Positions 1-8,551 of a DNA stretch of 64,000 bases are shown here, piece by piece. The notes under the pieces are model-generated. The model was given only the letters and a program-made list of their open reading frames with translations. It ran no database searches and had not been told where the DNA came from. The stretch's first letter is position 1. Every line of letters starts with the position of its first letter. The translations under genes were made by a program, and so were the position numbers. The DNA is taken from NCBI GenBank assembly GCA_009924135.1, contig RFSE01000011.1:921-64920 (forward strand). The letters are read 5' to 3'. This DNA comes from Pseudomonadota bacterium. Lineage in GTDB: Bacteria > Verrucomicrobiota > Verrucomicrobiia > Limisphaerales > SXTU01.

Positions 1-153
1 GTCGAGGTTGCCCTTCTTCGTGTCCTTGTCGTGGCACTCGTAGCAGTGCTGCGAAAAGAACTTGGCCGGGATGGGCTCAGCGGCCAGGGAGGCGGCGACA
101 CCGGCCATCGCCCAGACCACTACGAAAAGGACATTTTGCTTCATGAACCGCAT
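1..153 (-). CDS. PVC-type cytochrome c domain (PSCyt1-like) protein, N-terminal fragment; the rest lies left of the window
   Basis: Own minus-strand translation from ATG 153..151 (alternative ATGs at 156 and 144): MRFMKQNVLFVVVWAMAGVAASLAAEPIPAKFFSQHCYECHDKDTKKGNLD. This is a signal peptide followed by a CxxCH heme motif. It is absent from the ORF track because it has no stop inside the window. Confidence 0.6.
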   Translation of the reverse strand, partial: MRFMKQNVLFVVVWAMAGVAASLAAEPIPAKFFSQHCYECHDKDTKKGNLD

Positions 154-278
154 CATAATTTTCCGCACCGACTGCAGGACCGGCATTGGACGCCAGTGAA
201 ATCCGGCCATGCCAAATAATCTCCCACTATGACACGGAGAACGAAGCCGTTTTGCCGGAGCTGAGACCGCAACTGCAT

Positions 279-1484
279 TCACTTCCCGGACTTGGGATCG
301 ACCTTGGCCGGCCGCTTACCCTTTTCCGGCGCGGAAAGACTGGCCCGGAGTGCCTGTTGGAATTCCTTGAAATCCACATTCACCTTGGTGAAACCGTCCT
401 TGCGCGGCGATTTGGCCAACAGTTGCTCCAGCCGCGCCATGCGCTCGGCTGTGGCGGGATGCGTGCTTAGGAAACTTAAAGCTTCCAGTTCTTCGCCACC
501 GGGGAGCTGTTCCTTCATCTTTTCCTCTTCGCGGCGCATCTTTTCGAAGAAGCTGATCATGCCGCGCGGGTTCAATTTCGCAGCCTCCAGGTAGCGAAAG
601 CCCTGGTCATCCGCCTCGCGCTCGAAATCGCGGGAGAATTTCTGCGTGAGCAGGAAGGGCGCGTTGTTCGCCAGCACCGCGAGCAGTCCCGTGGCATCCC
701 CCAGAAAAGCCTGCACGATGGCGAAGAGGCCCACGCCCTGGATCATCGACCGCATGCCGTGCTGGTAGGTGACGTGGGAAAGCTCGTGCCCGAGCACGCC
801 AAGCACTTCCTCGGGCGTGTCCGCCGCGAGCAGCAGGCCGCTGTGAATGGCCACGTTGCCGCCGGGCAGCGCGAAGGCGTTCAGCGAGGCGTCCTCGATG
901 ATGTGGAGCGTGAACGGGTAACGGTCTTGCGGCACGACGGCGAGGAGCGGCTTGGCGAGCAGGTCCAACTGGCGCTGCACCGCCGGGTCGGTGATGAGTT
1001 TGTGCCGGGCGGAAATCTGCTGGAAGGCAGTGTCCCCGAGTTGCTGCTCCCATTCGACCGGCACCTGGCGGGCGATGGCCCGGACCATCGGGTCCTTGGC
1101 AAACCACACGCCGGCCACTGCTCCGATCAGGAGTGCGAGCAGGCCGAACGTGATGCAGCGCGCGACGAGCTTGCGCCGGCGGATGCGGTCACGGGCGCGC
1201 GTCAGCGTGCGATCCTGGGCAAACGACGGATGGTCGAGGATCGCGTGATCGCTGGTGAAGATGGAGACCTTGGGAAAGTTCGGGTGTTCGAGAAAAACGA
1301 GGCGGTCGCTCGCACCGCCCAGCTTGATCTGCAGGCCGGTCAACGGGAAGGCAAACAATCCCGCATCGCTCGTAAACGTGGCCATGCCGCCGTCGATGTT
1401 CAGGCTGCCGGCGACGCGGCGCGTGCCGTAGTCGGGGTGGAAGGCCCCGGCTTCGAAGGTGTCCTGTGATGCTGGCGTGGGCAT
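279..1484 (-). CDS. M48 family zinc metalloprotease, membrane-anchored
   Basis: ORF 279..1817 trimmed to ATG 1484 (MPTPASQ...). The upstream 111 codons are Arg/Gly/Pro-rich and overlap the next gene. Contains the HExxH motif HELSHVTYQH, a downstream EREADDQG, and one TM helix (LVARCITFGLLALLIGAVAGVWF). Confidence 0.85.
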   Translation of the reverse strand: MPTPASQDTFEAGAFHPDYGTRRVAGSLNIDGGMATFTSDAGLFAFPLTGLQIKLGGASDRLVFLEHPNFPKVSIFTSDHAILDHPSFAQDRTLTRARDRIRRRKLVARCITFGLLALLIGAVAGVWFAKDPMVRAIARQVPVEWEQQLGDTAFQQISARHKLITDPAVQRQLDLLAKPLLAVVPQDRYPFTLHIIEDASLNAFALPGGNVAIHSGLLLAADTPEEVLGVLGHELSHVTYQHGMRSMIQGVGLFAIVQAFLGDATGLLAVLANNAPFLLTQKFSRDFEREADDQGFRYLEAAKLNPRGMISFFEKMRREEEKMKEQLPGGEELEALSFLSTHPATAERMARLEQLLAKSPRKDGFTKVNVDFKEFQQALRASLSAPEKGKRPAKVDPKSGK

Positions 1485-1498
1485 GGTGCAAGAATGGT

Positions 1499-1945
1499 TC
1501 AGTCCGAGAATGCAAGATAGCAAGCCAGACCAAGCCGGCCAAAGGGGAGCAGGTAGAGGATGCCCAGCACCGCAGGTTTGCCCCGCGCCTCGCACAATTT
1601 CACCCAGTTGACGATGGCGATGCCGAGGCTGACCACCGGGACCAGGTAAAGCAGGAAGAACCAGCCCGAGAGTTTGGCCGCGCCGAGCTGCGGAAAGAGG
1701 TTGAGCACCGGAAACCAGACCAGCGGGCCGGGCGCATAGCCCGCCTTGGTGCAGATGCGCTTGAGGCAGTAGCAATAGAACAGGTGAACCGCGAGCAGCA
1801 CCCCCAGCAGCGCACAAATCAGCCCCACGATCAGCGCCACCAGAATCAATGAACCGGCCAGCGCCGCCACGTCCGGTCCGCCAAACGAGTCCCGCAAACG
1901 GCCCGCGAACCCGACGGCCAACGGGAAGATCAGTGTGTGGAACAT
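1499..1945 (-). CDS. small multi-pass membrane protein, DUF5684-like
   Basis: 148-aa ORF with about 4 hydrophobic segments. The C-terminal half (CTKAGYAPGPLVWFPVLNLFPQLGAAKLSGWFFLLYLVPVV...LLPFGRLGLACYLAFSD) resembles DUF5684-type proteins. Recognised from memory, not searched. Confidence 0.6.
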   Translation of the reverse strand: MFHTLIFPLAVGFAGRLRDSFGGPDVAALAGSLILVALIVGLICALLGVLLAVHLFYCYCLKRICTKAGYAPGPLVWFPVLNLFPQLGAAKLSGWFFLLYLVPVVSLGIAIVNWVKLCEARGKPAVLGILYLLPFGRLGLACYLAFSD

Positions 1946-1982
1946 GGGTGAAGGCAGGTTGTGACGCGGTTAAGTGTGACTG

Positions 1983-2582
1983 TCAAAAATTGAGCTGTTG
2001 CCGCCTCGAATCACCAGAAATGACAGTACCAATGGCGGTTGGTACCGGCGACTGGTCAGATGCAGCGCTCTGATTAAGCCGCACCTGCTCCGGCGCTTTG
2101 CGAATGAATGTCTGAACAGGGCCATGCGCTGCAATCTCGCGTCCAAACTCGGTGCTCATGTATCCGGCTTCTGGCGGCGTCCCAACCCGTCCGAGGTCAA
2201 GACGGTCAGCATCCCAGCAAGTGCCGATAGTCGGCTCGTCGCTCAACCGGCCATGCGTGTGCCATGTGCAAGCATAATGGAGAAGCTCGAAATACTCGTC
2301 ACTGATATCGAACAACACACCCCGAAGACTCGCGGCATGGGCCGCACCTCGTGCGCCGTGCGTGTCATCCCAACCGTCATGCATTCGGCGAGCATCGTGG
2401 AACACTGCGAACAAGCGGACCACCTCTTCAACGGCTCCGCTGCGCGTGGCTACAAGCAAACCGTTGCGCTCAACTCGACGCCAGTGTGACGGCCCGTGGA
2501 CCGAGTCACGGTCGCACTTAAATTCGCGCGTGACGTGCTCCCAGATACGTTGCCAGTTGGTGCTCATTGCAAGTGGTGTCAT
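1983..2582 (-). CDS. HD-superfamily metal-dependent phosphohydrolase
   Basis: H...HD...D signature: SHWRRVE, AVFHDARR, WHTHGR, WDADRLDLGR. ATG at 2582 or 2567. Somewhat lower GC than its neighbours. Confidence 0.7.
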   Translation of the reverse strand: MTPLAMSTNWQRIWEHVTREFKCDRDSVHGPSHWRRVERNGLLVATRSGAVEEVVRLFAVFHDARRMHDGWDDTHGARGAAHAASLRGVLFDISDEYFELLHYACTWHTHGRLSDEPTIGTCWDADRLDLGRVGTPPEAGYMSTEFGREIAAHGPVQTFIRKAPEQVRLNQSAASDQSPVPTAIGTVISGDSRRQQLNF

Positions 2583-2697
2583 CTAGTGGCCCACGGCCCA
2601 AGCTCAGCGACCCGGCCCACGGGACGCCACGATTGCAACAGTGACACGATGGCCGGGTTCGCTGAAGCGCCTGGTTAGGCGGCAATCGGATTCTCAT

Positions 2698-3621
2698 TCA
2701 GTCGTAGTTCGTATTCGGATTCACTTCGGACGGCGACCGCCATTCCACTCCCCGAACCCTCAGCTTTTCTTTCTTGAGATGCCAGAAAGTGTGAACGGAA
2801 CCGAATCGTCCGAAGCTACCATCGCGCTTCATCTCTCCACGAACTTCATCTTCCACATCCTTAATCATCTTCTGGTATTTTGGATCGTATTCCTTCGCGT
2901 CGTATTTGCTATCATGAATGTAGTCCAGCGCGCCATCGGCCTTGAACTGCACGAAATACCGCCAGGCAATCTCCCCATCGACGAGCGTGTATGAAACCCA
3001 CCGGCATACTTCCTCCACTTGCGGGATGTGTGTGGTCTCGTTGGTCACGGTCCTGCCATTCACGAAGGTCGTAGAAACCTTGTGGCTCACGACCTGACCG
3101 GCTTTGTTGGTGCGCGTGCCTGACTCCGCTTTCTTCAGCCACGATACTGGCAACAGTGCTCGGTTGGTGGCAATTGCCCGCAGATCACCGTCCACAATTG
3201 TCGAAGGCGCCGCGCGATTCGTGAGAGCAGCCAGAAGAAATGCTCTCGTGTGGCCTTCTTCTCTTGCTCGCGCGTAGTTCCTGAGTTGGTCGCTCAAAAC
3301 CTTGAATGCTCTTTCGGAATTCCCAAGCTGGTAAACCTGCACCCAACTGTAACCCGGCTCCTGGGCAACTCGAACTGTCGCAAGGTCCTCATCAGTAAGT
3401 CCGCTGGACTTTGCGATGAAGTGAATTGTGTTCGTGTCCATAATCTCTTGCCGAACTGCCTCCGGGCTGTTGTGTGAAAGCTTCAAACGAGAGAACCCCA
3501 AACCGAGATCGATGGGAGCAGCGCTCTTCCAATTTCGCGGAGGCGTCGGCGATACTTGTGCTGCACAGATGCATCGCAGGAGAGCGTAGACGCAAATGAT
3601 TGTGTGGAGACGCGCGTTCAT
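2698..3621 (-). CDS. hypothetical secreted protein (no family recognised)
   Basis: 307-aa ORF with an ATG start and a hydrophobic N-terminus (IICVYALLRCICAAQV). Sampled lines are about 42-58% GC, lower than flanking genes. Confidence 0.5.
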   Translation of the reverse strand: MNARLHTIICVYALLRCICAAQVSPTPPRNWKSAAPIDLGLGFSRLKLSHNSPEAVRQEIMDTNTIHFIAKSSGLTDEDLATVRVAQEPGYSWVQVYQLGNSERAFKVLSDQLRNYARAREEGHTRAFLLAALTNRAAPSTIVDGDLRAIATNRALLPVSWLKKAESGTRTNKAGQVVSHKVSTTFVNGRTVTNETTHIPQVEEVCRWVSYTLVDGEIAWRYFVQFKADGALDYIHDSKYDAKEYDPKYQKMIKDVEDEVRGEMKRDGSFGRFGSVHTFWHLKKEKLRVRGVEWRSPSEVNPNTNYD

Positions 3622-3785
3622 GTGCCGCCAATAACAGTGTATTGGGCTGAAGATTTACGGCTTATCTGGGTTGCAGTTTCGAGACAATTTAGCGTTGGAA
3701 TTGGGGGTTGTCGAGCTTGCATCCCCGCCCATGAATTCCTCGGGCTCAGCTCACTTTCTTGCCAGCATCCAAACGGGCTTCGGCT

Positions 3786-3913
3786 GTCCCGGAGGGACTT
3801 GCGACCTAAGCCCGGCGTTACAACGCCGGGTTGGGCCGGAACCGGCGGCCCGTCCCAAAGGGACGGCTGAACGATTACCCCCGATGCGCGCCCGTTCAGT
3901 CGTCCCTCCGGGA
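3786..3913. repeat. nested inverted-repeat cluster (13-bp outer stem enclosing four local hairpins)
   Basis: gtcccggagggac (3786-3798) is the exact reverse complement of gtccctccgggac (3901-3913). Inside are the hairpins cccggcg-ttacaa-cgccggg, gccgg-aa-ccggc, ccgtccc-aaa-gggacgg and ctgaacg-N18-cgttcag. Confidence 0.8.
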
Positions 3914-4098
3914 CTGGGCTTGGCTCCCCTTCGATCCCGGCGTTGAAACGCCGGCTATTTTCCAGCGTCCCTTCGGGAGGAATTACCACCAAGCACCCAT
4001 ACCTCCGCCGCTTGAATGGCGGGGCGGTGGCGAATCCCAACGGATTTCACCCCGCTCCGGAAGGCGTTGCAATAACCCAACGCGTTCGTCGGCCTCGG

Positions 4099-4247
4099 GT
4101 GGCACCCGCGTCTCGCGGGTAGTTTTCGGCGTCCCGCCGAAAACTTGGTCGTACGAACGACCAGTAGCAACCGCACTCACCAGGACTCCGCGCGTCAGCG
4201 GTTCGGGCGGGACGCCCGAACCGACCCGCGAGACGCGGGTGCCACCC
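4099..4247. repeat. REP-like hairpin cluster with a 23-bp inverted repeat
   Basis: ggtggcacccgcgtctcgcgggt (4099-4121) and acccgcgagacgcgggtgccacc (4225-4247) are exact reverse complements. Internal hairpins are gttttcggcg-tcc-cgccgaaaac, ggtcgt-acga-acgacc and gttcgggcg-gga-cgcccgaac. The direct repeat gttgcaataac lies outside the span at about 4066 and 4268. Confidence 0.85.
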
Positions 4248-4313
4248 CAAGCCCGGCAAGTCCGCCAGTTGCAATAACTGAGTTGCGCCCTCCCATCTGG
4301 CTCCGGACAACCC

Positions 4314-5489
4314 TTACTTCTTCAACCCGCGCACGAAGTGATCCATCCGCTCCAGCCCCTTTTCGATGTTGGCGAGGCTGGTGGCGTAGCTGAGACGGAT
4401 GTAGTCATCGGCCCCAAACGCGATGCCGGGCACGGCGGCGACCTTTTCCTGTTCAAGGAGGCGGGCGCAGAAGTCGGCGGACTTAAGGCCGGTGCCGCTG
4501 ATGTTCGGGAAGAGGTAGAACGCACCCTTGGCATTGGCGCAGGTGACGCCGGGCATGGCGTTGAGCTTGGCGTGGGCGAAGGACCGGCGCTTGGCGAACT
4601 CGGCCAGCCACTTGGGCAGGTGTTCCTGCGAACCGTTCAGGGCGGCGACGGCACCTTTCTGGGCAAAACTCGTCGGGTTGCTCGTGCTATGGCCCTGGAT
4701 GGCGTCGATGGCCTTGGCAATCGGCTCGGGGGCCGCCGTCCAGCCCAGCCGCCAGCCGGTCATGGACCACGCCTTGGCAAAACCGTGGACGATGATGGTG
4801 TGCTCGAAGTGCGCCTGGCTGAAGCTGGCGACGCTCTTCACCACCGCGCCGTCGTACGTGAGGTGTTCGTAAATCTCATCGCTCATGATGAGCACGCCCT
4901 TTTCCACGCAGACATCGCCGAGCGCCTTGATTTCATCCGGCGTGTAAACGGTGCCGGTGGGGTTGCTCGGGGAGTTGAGGATGAACAGCCGGGTGTTCGG
5001 CGTGATGGCGGCGCGGAGCTGGGCCGGGGTGACCTTGAAATCGGTTTTGTCGCTCGTCTCGATGATGACAGGCGTGGCGTTGGCGAGTTTGACCATCTCC
5101 GGGTAGCTCAGCCAGTACGGTGCCGGGATGATGACTTCGTCGCCTTCCTGGCAGGTGGCAAGGATAACGTTGTAGCAGGAGTGTTTGCCGCCGCAGGAGA
5201 CGATGATCTGCGAGGGCTTGTAGGTCAGGCCGTTCTCGCGCTTGTGCTTGTCCGCGATGGCCTGGCGCAGTTCGGGGATGCCGGCGGCGGGGGTGTATTT
5301 CGTAAAGCCGGCGGCCAGCGCGTTAGCGCAGGCGTCTTTGATGTGCTGCGGCGTGTCGAAATCCGGCTCGCCCGCGCCGAAGCCCACTACATCGATGCCT
5401 TCGGCCTTCATGGCCTTGGCCTTGGAATCAATGGCCAAGGTGAGCGAGGGCGAGAGGACTTTGGCACGGTCGGCAATGCGATAATTCAT
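4314..5489 (-). CDS. class I PLP-dependent aminotransferase (aspartate aminotransferase-like)
   Basis: Trimmed to ATG 5489 (MNYRIADRAKVLSPSLTLAIDSKAKAMKAEGIDVVGFGAGEPDFDTP). Contains SNPSNPTG and the FAKAWSMTGWRLG PLP-lysine region. Confidence 0.9.
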   Translation of the reverse strand: MNYRIADRAKVLSPSLTLAIDSKAKAMKAEGIDVVGFGAGEPDFDTPQHIKDACANALAAGFTKYTPAAGIPELRQAIADKHKRENGLTYKPSQIIVSCGGKHSCYNVILATCQEGDEVIIPAPYWLSYPEMVKLANATPVIIETSDKTDFKVTPAQLRAAITPNTRLFILNSPSNPTGTVYTPDEIKALGDVCVEKGVLIMSDEIYEHLTYDGAVVKSVASFSQAHFEHTIIVHGFAKAWSMTGWRLGWTAAPEPIAKAIDAIQGHSTSNPTSFAQKGAVAALNGSQEHLPKWLAEFAKRRSFAHAKLNAMPGVTCANAKGAFYLFPNISGTGLKSADFCARLLEQEKVAAVPGIAFGADDYIRLSYATSLANIEKGLERMDHFVRGLKK

Positions 5490-5723
5490 AAAGCGGGGCG
5501 GAGATTTAGACAGTGACCGGCGCAGCGCAAGGGGAAATTCCGATCCAGCCCGGCCCGCAGGCGGCTGGGCAGACGGGATGGAACGTTCGCCGTGCTTAAC
5601 CAAGTATCTGACTTGATTTAGCCGGACTTATCAGGCACGGGCCGGGGGTGTTTTCCTTGACCGATAATCATTTGACACACCCCCGACCGGTGCTAGCCTG
5701 CCGGGCAAATTGAAGCGAGCAAC

Positions 5724-5751
5724 CACCCGCGCACAGCGGGTGATTTTGTCT
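5724..5751 (+). promoter_or_regulatory. terminator-like hairpin plus T-run in the korA leader (possible attenuator)
   Basis: Stem cacccgc / gcgggtg with loop gcaca (5724-5742), followed by attttgtct. It sits about 35 nt upstream of the korA ATG, with no upstream plus-strand gene to terminate. Confidence 0.3.
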
Positions 5752-5785
5752 CCCGGTACGACAATCTGACTAACGATTTCTGAAA

Positions 5786-7630
5786 ATGAGCGACACCTCT
5801 ATGGCCGCTCCTGCGCAAGCAGGCGGCACGCCCCTCGTCACCCACATCTCCGAGGCGGTCATCCGCATCGCGGGCAATTCGCAGGACGGCATCCAGGCCA
5901 TCGGCGGGTTCCTCGCGCGCCTCGCCGGCCGCAGCGAGCAGGAGGTCATGACGTTCATGACCATTCCCTCCACGATCTCCGGCGGCCCGTCCATCTTCCA
6001 GGTGCGCATCGGCACTGGTGAAGTGCTCAGCGCGGGTGACGAGGCGGACATGCTCTTGTGCTTTTACCAGCACAGCTACGAGGACCATATCAAGTCCATC
6101 AAGCTGGGTGGCATCGTGTTGTACGATTCCGATCACGTGACGCCGAACCCGGAGTGGCAGGAGAATTACCGGCATGTGGGCGTCGCCATCTCGGGCTTGA
6201 CGGTCGAGGCGATCGGCGGCACCGGGCGGGACAAGGGCAAGAACATTTACGCGATGGGCTTGCTGGCGAAGATTTATGATCTCGATGTGCCCAAGATCAC
6301 GAAGCTCATCCAGGAGCGGTTCAGCGGCAAGGATACGAGCATTGTGACCAACGCCCTCACCTGCTTCAACGCAGGCTATAGCCACTCGCTGGAAAACCTG
6401 CTCAAGACCTACCAGTTCAAGGCTTCCGAAGGCAAGAAACCGACCCCGGGCAGCCGTCCCCAGGTGGTGATGAACGGCAACGAAGCCCTCACCTACGGCC
6501 TGATCGCGGCGGGCGTCCGGTTTGGGGCCGGCTACCCCATCACTCCGTGGTCGGACATCATGGAGTTGCTGCGCAAGGAACTCCCCAAATACGGCGGGTC
6601 CTTCATCCAGTGCGAAGATGAAATCGCCTCCGTTTCGATGGCCATCGGGGCCAGTTGGGGCGGGCGGGTGGCGGTCACCGGCTCCTCCGGACCGGGCATC
6701 TCGCTCAAGACCGAAGCCATCGGCTGGGCCGTCATGGCGGAAATCCCGTTGGTCGTGGTGGACGTGCAACGCGGCGGTCCCTCGACCGGCATGCCGACGA
6801 ACGTCGAGCAGTCCGACCTCAACATCGCCTGTTTTGGCGGCCACGGCGATTCACCCCGCGTGGTCATTGCCCCGGCCAGCGTGGAAGACTGTTTTTACAC
6901 GGCGATCGAAGCGGTGAACATCGCGCGTAAATTCAGCACGCCGGTCATCATCCTCACCGACCAGGGCATCGCGAGCCGCATTGAGGCCTTTGAAATGCCT
7001 GACTTGGAAAAGATTTGCCAGGACATCACGCCGGACTTCACGCCCGTGGCGGATCACAAGCCCTACGACCTCTCGGCCGCCGATGGCATCACGCGCCATC
7101 TCGCCCCCGGCACCCGGGTCGCCAGCGGCAAGTATCCCGTGGTCACCGGTCTCGAACACGATGAACTCGGCCATCCGACCGGCTCGCCGAAGCTTCACGT
7201 GCAGATGACGGCCAAGCGCCGCAACAAGCTCAAGAAGCTCGGCGCGGACCTGCCCACGCCCAAGACCATCGGCCCGAATGAAGGCCAGATACTGCTGGTC
7301 GGCTGGGGTTCCTCCCTCGGTCCGATCACCGAAGCCGTTGGTCGTGGCCGCAGTGTTGGTGACGCCATTTCCGGCCTGCACATCAAGAATCTCAACCCCC
7401 TGCCCAATGGCTTGGAGGAGATCTTCCAGGGCTTCCGGCACGTCTTCGTGGTGGAACTCAACGACGAGGGCTTCTACGGCTATGGCCAGCTCGGCCAGCT
7501 GCTGCGGGCGCGGTATTGCGATCCCAAGATTCGCGGCATCAACAAGTCCGACGGCCTCACCTGGAAGGTGAAGGAAATCCTCGATCGCGCCCGGGCGCTG
7601 GCGGACGCCGTACAAAACGGCAAGGCGTGA
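5786..7630 (+). CDS. korA: 2-oxoglutarate/2-oxoacid:ferredoxin oxidoreductase alpha subunit
   Basis: 614 aa. Contains GYPITPWSDIMELL, CEDEIASVSMAIGASWGG and VTGSSGPGISLKTEAIGWAVMAEIPLVVVDVQRGGPSTGMPT, typical of KorA-type alpha subunits. Confidence 0.9.
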   Translation: MSDTSMAAPAQAGGTPLVTHISEAVIRIAGNSQDGIQAIGGFLARLAGRSEQEVMTFMTIPSTISGGPSIFQVRIGTGEVLSAGDEADMLLCFYQHSYEDHIKSIKLGGIVLYDSDHVTPNPEWQENYRHVGVAISGLTVEAIGGTGRDKGKNIYAMGLLAKIYDLDVPKITKLIQERFSGKDTSIVTNALTCFNAGYSHSLENLLKTYQFKASEGKKPTPGSRPQVVMNGNEALTYGLIAAGVRFGAGYPITPWSDIMELLRKELPKYGGSFIQCEDEIASVSMAIGASWGGRVAVTGSSGPGISLKTEAIGWAVMAEIPLVVVDVQRGGPSTGMPTNVEQSDLNIACFGGHGDSPRVVIAPASVEDCFYTAIEAVNIARKFSTPVIILTDQGIASRIEAFEMPDLEKICQDITPDFTPVADHKPYDLSAADGITRHLAPGTRVASGKYPVVTGLEHDELGHPTGSPKLHVQMTAKRRNKLKKLGADLPTPKTIGPNEGQILLVGWGSSLGPITEAVGRGRSVGDAISGLHIKNLNPLPNGLEEIFQGFRHVFVVELNDEGFYGYGQLGQLLRARYCDPKIRGINKSDGLTWKVKEILDRARALADAVQNGKA

Positions 7631-7659
7631 ACCCCTAAATCCTTCCCAGACTTAAGACC

Positions 7660-8409
7660 ATGACCTCACTCGCTCTTCCCTTCGAATCGCTCACCCGTAC
7701 CGGGAACCTCAACCTCGTGCCTGTCCCGCCGCTCCCAGAGGGCGAGCGCAAGGGCCTGACCAAGAAAGAAGTCGCCGCCGACCACCCCACTTGGTGCCCC
7801 GGCTGCGGTGACTTCTCCGTGCTCGCGCTCTACTTCAAGCTCATCGAGAAGCGCAAGATGCACCACGAGAAGATCACGACCGTCGCGGGCGTCATGGACA
7901 ACAACGTCTATGGCCTGACCAAGAACCAGACCTCGCCCACTTCGCCGCTGGGCTACAAGTCCAAGACCGACGCCTGGGGCAGCGGTGACCGGCCCATCAA
8001 CCCGATGAAGCAGGCCATCGCCGCCGGCGCGACCTTTGTCGCCCGCACCACGCACACGAATCCGAACCACGTCCTCCAGATGATGGAAGCGGCGATGGAT
8101 CACGATGGCTTCAGCTTCATCGAGTGCCTCAGCGAATGCGTGGAGTTCTATCCCGGAGCCTTCGACGGTGCGAACCCCCGCAAAGGCGGCCAGTTCCCCG
8201 AAGTCCCCAAGGACCACGACGTGACCGACGAATACGCCGCCTACAAGCTCGCCGAGGAGCTCATGCCCGGCAAGTTCGGCATCTTCTACAAGGTCAACCG
8301 CCCGACCAAGAACGCCAACGAAGCGAAGATCGTCAGCACCAACCGCGAGAAGTTCGCGAGCCTGCCCGACTGGCAGATCCTCCAGAAGAACTTCGACCGG
8401 ATGAAATAA
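7660..8409 (+). CDS. korB: 2-oxoacid:ferredoxin oxidoreductase beta subunit homolog, abnormally short (TPP-binding segment missing)
   Basis: WCPGCGDFSVLA and NNVYGLTKNQTSPTSP are KorB hallmarks. However, ...EKITTVAG is joined directly to VMDNNVYGL (junction 7890/7891). The expected segment of about 70 aa with IGCS...HGR...GDGD is absent, giving 249 aa. Confidence 0.8.
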   Translation: MTSLALPFESLTRTGNLNLVPVPPLPEGERKGLTKKEVAADHPTWCPGCGDFSVLALYFKLIEKRKMHHEKITTVAGVMDNNVYGLTKNQTSPTSPLGYKSKTDAWGSGDRPINPMKQAIAAGATFVARTTHTNPNHVLQMMEAAMDHDGFSFIECLSECVEFYPGAFDGANPRKGGQFPEVPKDHDVTDEYAAYKLAEELMPGKFGIFYKVNRPTKNANEAKIVSTNREKFASLPDWQILQKNFDRMK

Positions 8410-8432
8410 ACCGATAGCAAATCGATTCCCGA

Positions 8433-8466
8433 AGCCCCAGCCGCCAGGCTGGGGCTTTTTGCTTTT
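8433..8466 (+). terminator. Rho-independent terminator after korB
   Basis: Stem agccccagcc / ggctggggct with loop gcca, followed by tttttgctttt, starting 24 nt after the korB stop. Confidence 0.8.
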
Positions 8467-8513
8467 GAAGCCAGGTAGTTTGTCGCCAATAAAACACGAA
8501 ACTGATCGTCCGG

Positions 8514-8551
8514 CGGATGTTTCTGTGTTTCATCTGTGTCCCATCTGTGGC
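8514..8551 (+). promoter_or_regulatory. solo tri-iteron arm (ATCTGTG-type repeats at 11-bp spacing) upstream of the zinc-ribbon gene
   Basis: cggatgtttctgtgtttcatctgtgtcccatctgtggc. It has the same architecture as the arms of the MITE-like elements at 31370 and 45887, and ends 15 nt before ATG 8567. Confidence 0.55.

Noticed and set aside
1485-1817. ORF-track N-terminal extensions. Examples: 279..1817, 4314..5603, 19375..21690, 20341..21783, 42632..44200, 57337..58704 and 31498..33105.
   Set aside because: The extensions are low-complexity Arg/Pro/Gly-rich, overlap neighbouring genes, and precede internal ATG/GTG codons. Those internal starts coincide with the conserved N-termini or signal peptides.
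3622-4313. The ORF-free structured region as a known housekeeping RNA (RNase P RNA, tmRNA, SRP RNA or 6S RNA).
   Set aside because: I found none of the hallmark strings I remember, such as GGAAAGTCC-type RNase P CR-I, a tmRNA tag reading frame plus tRNA-like end, or the SRP GGAAGCAGCC-type domain IV. Only a chance ccggaagg occurs. It still needs an Infernal scan.
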